A program made the translations under genes and the position numbers. A stretch of DNA of 64,000 nt from an uncultured Bacilli bacterium (lineage in GTDB: Bacteria; Bacillota_I; Bacilli_A; RFN20; CAG-449), in the NCBI GenBank assembly GCA_947591215.1, contig CANQCZ010000002.1, positions 6,819-70,818 on the forward strand, read 5' to 3'. Positions 58,188 to 64,000 of this stretch are shown here, piece after piece. The number at the start of each line of letters is the position of its first letter. Positions within the stretch are counted from its first letter, which is position 1. Below the pieces are notes generated by a model. It was given only the letters and a program-made list of their open reading frames with translations, had not been told where the DNA came from and ran no database searches.

Positions 58188-58689
58188 ATTATCTTCACCA
58201 CTACTTTCTACTTTTTTTGATAAATGATACTAAAATTATATTAAAGTTTTCTTAAAAAATATATAAATTAACATAAATATATTTCTAATTAAATCTTATT
58301 TTATAAAAAAGAAAAGGCAAGCATAATCTATCGAATAAACTTACATTATTTTGTTTGTAAAAGTAATTTGCTATTATTTTGTGTTCTAAATTTTATAAGA
58401 TATATTTTTTCTATTCTTTTGTTATCTAAATTTCTTAACAATTACTTCTATTAACCATTAAACACCAAATACTAGTCCTAATAATACAAACATTGTAACA
58501 ATTCCAATGATTGCATGTTTAAATGTCATTCCTTTAGGATTGTTTCTAAACGCAGCAGAAATCGACATTAACAAACAATGAAAACAATATTTAATGAACT
58601 TCCATATCGTTTATACCTTCTAAAAATATTGATAACGAAAACAGCAATGCCCCCCTAGAAAGCAAATAACTCCAGTTTTTACGGAAGGA

Positions 58690-59182
58690 ATCGCCTATAA
58701 GGCAGAGCCAATATTTCCCATTGTTAACCAATGATTTGGGGTTCTTGGTGCAATTTTAGATAGTAATTGTGGTCCAAATTTCCTGCCACTGCCCAACCAC
58801 CTGCTCCACCTGTTAAACCTGCAACTAATCCATATAATGTTCCAAACAATGTTGAAATCGTTAATTAGATCAATTAAATTCACCAGCATCAATCAATTGC
58901 TCTACAACGTTTATTCCTTCAGATATAAGACCTTCAGTTAACATAGCAGTCCCTACAGCGGTGGCTCCCGCTCCGGCAACGCCACAAGTTAATACAATAG
59001 CAAACCCAGCAACCACTCATTCATTGTGCCCATTTAGGCATATGAACATCAGAATCGATATACAAAATAGGATTATTATAACAATATAGATTTAAGCCAT
59101 TAATAGATTTAAAATCTAAATATTCAATTGAATCAGGTGGTAACCATCTACAAAGTTCTAGTGAATAGTAACATGAGGATAC
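58690..59182 (-). pseudogene. Degraded RHS core terminus plus Gly-rich toxin tip (stop/frameshift-interrupted continuation of the upstream RHS fragment)
   Basis: After the stop at 59183, other frames read ...YSLELCRWLPPDSIEYLDFKSINGLNLYCYNNPILYIDSD... and ...GVAGAGATAVGTAMLTEGLISEGINVVEQLIDAGEF. This is paralogous to the 49904-50563 tip but broken by stops. Confidence 0.5.
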
Positions 59183-61086
59183 TCAATATAGTACTGTCTC
59201 CACATCAAAATAGTATCCACGATATCTAAATGGATTAAGAGTTGCAATTCCATCTACATCATTAGTAATTATGTGATTACCATAAGCATCATATGCATAT
59301 CCCCCTACTTCATTTCCTTCATCATCGTATATAGCAATAATATCACCTTGTATATTTCTTAAGTAGATATATTCTTTGCTATTACTACCATCATTATAGT
59401 TGAAACCAATCAATTTGTTAAAAGCATATTTGTATGTCAATATCCCATTTTTGGTAATTGTCCTTAGTATTCTTGTTCCATCGACGATGAATGAAGTTTC
59501 AACATCATTAACAATCTTATTTCTTCTTATACCATTTGCATCATAGGAATAATAAGCCTCCACTTCTTCACTCATGAAACTTAATAAATTTCCATTACTT
59601 TCCCATTCTAACAAATTATCCATATAAGTAATTGGACGTCCCATTTTATCATATTCAAACTGTTTGCCATTAAAGAATAGTAATTGGTCATTCCATCCAT
59701 CACATTCATAAGTATATTCATCTACTTTTGGTGAATACAATTTATCTTCTAGAGTATATTCATAAGTTTTCTTTAAAAGAATATTTCCTGCACTATCGTA
59801 CTTATAGGTAATGGTCTTATTTAATTTTGGATTATCCTCTCTTACAAGACGATTTAATTTATCGTATTGATATCTTGTTAAACTATCATCAGCATCGATT
59901 TCAATGATATTACCACTTTCATCATAATTATATTTGCTTGTCTCAGTCATATAAATTTTAATAGGTATTAGTTTGTTCTCTTCAGATATAGACTCTTTTC
60001 TTACAATGACTTTGGTTCGATCCTCAGCAACTAAATCCAAACTATTTTCATCTTGTTGCAAATAACTATATTCGTGGCACAACTCTATTTTCTGTAAAGA
60101 ATAGCTACTACTTTTATCTATTTCAATATTTTGATGCTTTACTCTATTTAGAACATCATAATCATAATTAATTGTAAATAGTCCATTAATATCTAATGTC
60201 GTTATTCTATTTTCTTCATCATATTGATACTCAGTTTGTAAAACATCACCATCTTGGATGCTGATTTCTTCTTTACTTAAAAGATTCTTACTATCATACG
60301 TAAATGCGCGGTAGAAATGTGCATCATCATTTACAGTCTTGGTAAAATCTGTAACATTATTATAATCATCATATGATGTTTCTAAAACTTCTGTAAAAAC
60401 TTCCTGAGTATCTAGATTTGTCTTATTAGAAATGACTTTTGTTAAGTTTTCATCTTCATAGTCATATATGCTTTCACCCTGATGTATATCACTATTAAAA
60501 CTTAATAATTTTAATCTATTCTCATCATCAGTTATATAACTAGTTTTATAGTCAGCTTCAAATTCGGTTTCGACAAAACTACCATGCTTGATTTTTAGAT
60601 CATTATTTTTATAATTATCATCGTAAATATTACGTAAATAATTACTACCATTTAAATTATTTTGAACTTTTCTTCCCTTTCCATCATAAATGTAATCAAC
60701 TTTCATTCCATGATGTGCTAATGAGGTTAGTAAACCATAGTTATAAGTAAACGATTTGGAATTATTGATTCCTTCAGCACTTGAAGTAATACTAAGTAGA
60801 TCCCCTGTGTTAAAATCATAGGTATAACATGTAGTTTCTCCATTTACTCCTTTAATTTTACTTTGAATATTTGTGTTTGGTAAATAAGTTACTTCTTCGG
60901 TAGGATAATTACCTTTTCTATCTTTGATTTGTCCTTTAATAGATAACACTCTTCCTTGTTCATCGTATTCAGCTTTTCCCACTTTCATCAAAGATGCATC
61001 TTTTTTATTATAGGTTCTCCTTTCAAAACATTGTCCTTTATCATTATAGTAGTATTCTTCAACGTTTCCTTTACTATCTTCTACTT
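59183..61086 (-). pseudogene. 5'-truncated RHS/YD-repeat protein fragment
   Basis: Multiple YD repeats (YDEQGRVL, YDGKGRKV, YDKLNRLV, YDKMGRPI) ending in NPFRYRGYYFDVETVLY (start of the RHS core). The open frame continues upstream to a stop at about 61086 with no start or N-terminal domain; the first in-frame ATG is at 60988. Confidence 0.6.
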
Positions 61087-61446
61087 AAAATATTAAAGAG
61101 TTTCACATAGTAGTCCTTTAATAAATCTTGCCATATTTCCCAACCCCTATATTTGCTATATAAAAAATGTAATAATAAGAACCCACCCTTAAAAAAATGT
61201 AAAATTTATTAAATTGTAATAATTATTGTCAAAATTTGCAACTTCATATTATTTTTAGACTAATAGTACGATATTATAAATTAATTTGAATTCAATCCTT
61301 ATAACTAAAATGACTTTTTGTTCTTGAAATTGCTTCTTTCAATTTTGACTTTAATCTGATTAATTTTATTATTAATTATAATTCTTAGTAGTTCTTTATA
61401 AAAATCAATTCATCAATATGATTTCATTAAAAATCTTATTCATCAA

Positions 61447-61515
61447 TATCACTTATATAAATAGATGAATAAAACGATAATGTAAGAACTATCTAGTTAC
61501 TAACTTTTTCTTTTT
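61447..61515. repeat. Right copy of the ~69 bp direct repeat; overlaps the 3' end of the adjacent membrane-protein gene
   Basis: TATCACTTATATAAATAGATGAATAAAACGATAATGTAAGAACTATCTAGTTACTAACTTTTTCTTTTT; contains the last 7 codons and stop (61493-61495) of the 61493-62335 gene. Confidence 0.8.
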
Positions 61516-62335
61516 GCTTATTTTCTTTATTGTTCTTTTTATTATTTTTTTGTTGTAACTTAATTTGTCGTTTTTCTTCTTTCTGCTCGCGTTTGATTTC
61601 TTCTTCTATTTCTTCAAACATTTTTCGATAAGTTTCATTCTCATCGATTAATACTTTTCGTGAGAAAACCTTATATGCTTCTTCACCGCTGATTTGGATG
61701 ATAAGTAAACATATTTTTTTTATAATTATCGAAATAGAATTATCTACAATTGCTTTTTTTAACCAATGAAAAGGATTTAATAAATTAAGTGCCGACATCA
61801 TAGTTTTGACTTTTTCAGGAATCTTATGTTCGTTTATGGTTTTAACCGGTTTAGAATTTTTAACTTCTATTAACGAAATTACTGTCGATAATTTCATCTT
61901 TCTAAGAATTGAAAGCATGCGATTGGAAAATATATTTTCAACTCGATCTGTTATATATTTACTTAATAGCACAAGTTCATCAAAAGTCAATTCTGCCATT
62001 GGGTGTTTGGACTTTGGATGATACCATTTGGCGATTTGAAGAACTTCTTCTTTGACACATGAAGTAAAAGCTGTATCTTTCAAATTCGGATCTTGAATCC
62101 GATATTTATATTCATGCTTGTAATGTTCAATAAGTTTAATGACATCTTCATCTTTGATATCCACAAAAGTATTATCGATGATATATCGGGATTTTCTTAA
62201 CGACAGCAAAGCGCTATAAAGGTATAATAAAAAAGTGATTACAATCCCTAAAGCAATGCCAGTTAAAAGGGTAATTACTAATGAAATATTTAATTCAAAT
62301 TCAATTCCGAAAATTTCAAATAAAAAATAGTTCAT
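61493..62335 (-). CDS. Membrane protein of unknown function with a Lys/Glu-rich C-terminal tail
   Basis: Two N-terminal TM helices, a C-terminal low-complexity KEQKEEKRQIKLQQKNNKK tail, AGGAG RBS. Confidence 0.4.
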   Translation of the reverse strand: MNYFLFEIFGIEFELNISLVITLLTGIALGIVITFLLYLYSALLSLRKSRYIIDNTFVDIKDEDVIKLIEHYKHEYKYRIQDPNLKDTAFTSCVKEEVLQIAKWYHPKSKHPMAELTFDELVLLSKYITDRVENIFSNRMLSILRKMKLSTVISLIEVKNSKPVKTINEHKIPEKVKTMMSALNLLNPFHWLKKAIVDNSISIIIKKICLLIIQISGEEAYKVFSRKVLIDENETYRKMFEEIEEEIKREQKEEKRQIKLQQKNNKKNNKENKQKEKVSN

Positions 62336-62405
62336 CGAGGATACTCCTTTATTAATTATAAAAGATTTTTCTAATCGATAAAACTATTTTTATTTTACCT
62401 AATTT

Positions 62406-64000
62406 TTAAAAAATCGCTTCGTATCCAGCTTCTTGAATTTTTTGTTTGATCACTTCGTTATCTAAAGGGTTTTTGCTTTTCAATTTGACTTCTTTAGTTT
62501 TCAAATTGACTTCTACTTCCGTAACATTAGGCAATGACAATAAAGCATCTTTAACGTGTTTAACACAATGCTCACACATCATCCCTTCAACAATAAAGTT
62601 TTTTTCCATAAATTCTTCCTCCTTTCTTATCGATGGTTTGAAACTTTTTATCCTTAAAGCGTTTAAGCAAACACAAACACTTGATAAACTCATCGCCGCC
62701 GCGGCAATCATCGGATTTAGTTTTAAGCCTAATGGCTGATATAACACTCCTGCTGCAAGCGGAATACCAATCGCGTTGTAGAAGAAAGCCCAAAAAAGAT
62801 TTATCTTAATATTATTAATCGTTTTTTTGCTTAATCTAATTGCGTCAATGACATCCATTAAGTCACTTCTCATTAGAATAACATCAGCTGAATCAATAGC
62901 AATATCTGATCCAGCACCGATTGCAATGCCGATATCCGCTTTAGTCAATGCGATTGAATCATTTATTCCATCGCCAACCATCGCAACCTTAAATCCTTTT
63001 TTTTGTAAATCTGCGATAACTTTTTCTTTTTCTTCCGGCAGCACTTCATATTTAACTTCATCTAATTCAAGCTGCTTAGCAATATAATTTGCGCTTGCAG
63101 CATTGTCGCCTGTAAGCATCAATGTTTTGATTCCCAAATCTTTTAGCTTTCGTATCGCTTCAGCACTTGATGGTTTGATCGTATCACTGACACCAAGTAA
63201 AGCATAAATTTTAGTTTCAGAAAAGAAAACCAATAAAGTCATGCCCTCCTTTTGTATAGCGGTAAGATCTTTTTCATCAAAAGATAGGCCTTTTTCTATT
63301 GCATAAGAATAACTGGCACAATAATATTCTTCGCCTTGATATACTCCTTTTATTCCTTTACCGACTATCGTTTCAAAATCTGAAATCGTGGCAGTTTCAA
63401 TTTTATTTTCTTTGCAATATGATACTACTGCATTTGCCAAAGGATGTGAAGACAATTGTTCCAACCCTATAATAATTGAAAGAATTTCTTGTTTGTTATC
63501 TTCTTTAAATAGAACAGTTTGAACTTTCGGTTTTCCTTCAGTTATCGTTCCGGTTTTATCAAATACAACATACGATACATTATGAAGATTTTCTAAGGCC
63601 GTTGCTGATTTTATTAATATATGATTGGTAGCACCTACTCCGGTTCCTACCATAATTGCTAAAGGCGTTGCTAAGCCTAGGGCACATGGGCATGAGATGA
63701 CCAAAACAGAAATTCCAATTGAAAGACTAAATTCTATAGTTGCGCCACATATCAACCAAATAATCGTAGCTATTAAACTTATTCCAATCACACATGGAAC
63801 AAAAATTCCGCTGATTTTATCTGCAAATCGAGAAATCGGAGCTTTTGATGCCGAGGCTTCCTCGACAAGTTTTACAATTGTCGCTACAGTTGAATCCTCA
63901 TTTCTTTTCGTAACTTCATATTTGATAGTACCTACAGTATTTATTGATCCTGAAAAGACATTATTACCTTTAGTTTTATATACCGGCATACTCTCACCGC
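62406..64000 (-). CDS. copA: P1B-type heavy-metal (Cu+/Cd2+-type) translocating ATPase, 5'-partial at the window edge, with a C-terminal in-frame CopZ-like HMA domain
   Basis: CPC transmembrane metal site, DKTGT phosphorylation motif, GDGINDS hinge; a C-terminal MEKNFIVEGMMCEHCVKHV... MxCxxC ferredoxin-like domain after the last TM helix; the start lies beyond 64000. Confidence 0.8.
   Translation of the reverse strand, partial: GESMPVYKTKGNNVFSGSINTVGTIKYEVTKRNEDSTVATIVKLVEEASASKAPISRFADKISGIFVPCVIGISLIATIIWLICGATIEFSLSIGISVLVISCPCALGLATPLAIMVGTGVGATNHILIKSATALENLHNVSYVVFDKTGTITEGKPKVQTVLFKEDNKQEILSIIIGLEQLSSHPLANAVVSYCKENKIETATISDFETIVGKGIKGVYQGEEYYCASYSYAIEKGLSFDEKDLTAIQKEGMTLLVFFSETKIYALLGVSDTIKPSSAEAIRKLKDLGIKTLMLTGDNAASANYIAKQLELDEVKYEVLPEEKEKVIADLQKKGFKVAMVGDGINDSIALTKADIGIAIGAGSDIAIDSADVILMRSDLMDVIDAIRLSKKTINNIKINLFWAFFYNAIGIPLAAGVLYQPLGLKLNPMIAAAAMSLSSVCVCLNALRIKSFKPSIRKEEEFMEKNFIVEGMMCEHCVKHVKDALLSLPNVTEVEVNLKTKEVKLKSKNPLDNEVIKQKIQEAGYEAIF

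Noticed and set aside
58695-58892. 65 aa minus-strand ORF called in the degraded RHS tip region
   Set aside because: Its frame reads through parts of the RHS tip remnant in the wrong register (Trp/Arg-rich translation); the region is better explained as a pseudogenised RHS core-end plus toxin tip.
61100-61446. About 350 bp ORF-free AT-rich stretch between the RHS fragment and the right repeat, with a short duplicated ATTCATCAATAT motif
   Set aside because: No convincing structured-RNA signature or coding potential; most simply the untranslated 5' flank of the truncated RHS fragment plus the island boundary.
48661-61515. Looked for an integrase/recombinase, transposase, or tRNA/tmRNA att site at the island boundaries
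   Set aside because: No tyrosine/serine recombinase or transposase motifs were found in any frame within the window. The repeat overlaps a protein-gene 3' end rather than a tRNA, so the island's mobility gene is absent or located elsewhere.
1-64000. CRISPR arrays, rRNA genes, additional tRNAs
   Set aside because: No regularly spaced direct repeats of 24-40 bp with unique spacers, no rRNA-like GC-rich blocks, and only one cloverleaf-compatible tRNA (38488-38563) were seen.

Overview
This 64 kb window comes from an AT-rich (about 30% GC), endospore-forming Firmicute whose gene order closely follows Bacillus subtilis. The first ~48 kb is mostly minus-strand core genome: nrnA, fba, rpoE, argS, class A PBPs, ispF, ychF, cspA, a pair of MacB-like ABC fusions, folD-fhs, miaA, mutL-mutS, cotE, ymcA, miaB, spoVS-ymdB-rny, recA-cinA-pgsA, RNase P RNA (rnpB), gpsB, recU-ponA, nth-dnaD, dapB, tRNA-Val, hup, spoIVA, an FMN riboswitch controlling a ribU-like transporter, rluB, and spmB/spmA. 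The ncRNAs were found by reading the sequence directly: a type B RNase P RNA that the ORF track overlays with two spurious ORFs, tRNA-Val(GAC) with a consensus sigma-A promoter, and a compact FMN riboswitch with an intrinsic terminator. Two things interrupt the conserved backbone. First, a 4.5 kb plus-strand gene lies between spmB and spmA and splits the usual spmA-spmB operon. It encodes a 1506 aa membrane-anchored M60-like (enhancin-like, HEMNH) zinc metallopeptidase with a discoidin/CBM32-like domain and four tandem Ig-like repeats. Second, a ~12.8 kb accessory island (about 48.66-61.52 kb) sits between spmA and a membrane-protein gene and is bracketed by imperfect ~69 bp direct repeats. 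The island carries a SIR2-HerA anti-phage pair, a putative Type IIS-like restriction endonuclease with a tandem two-domain Dam-family methyltransferase, orphan or degraded RHS/YD-repeat toxin fragments with glycine-zipper tips, small candidate immunity genes, and a frameshifted wHTH regulator remnant. No integrase is visible in the window. Other points of interest are a fusion of a class II nucleotidyltransferase (CCA-like) head with an M19 dipeptidase downstream of dapB, a very cysteine-rich DUF11-like protein at the position B. subtilis uses for cotD, a standalone CinA C-terminal domain, and a P1B-type ATPase with an in-frame C-terminal CopZ-like HMA domain. Several ORF-track starts are TTG/GTG artefacts and have been corrected to ATG codons with ribosome-binding sites.
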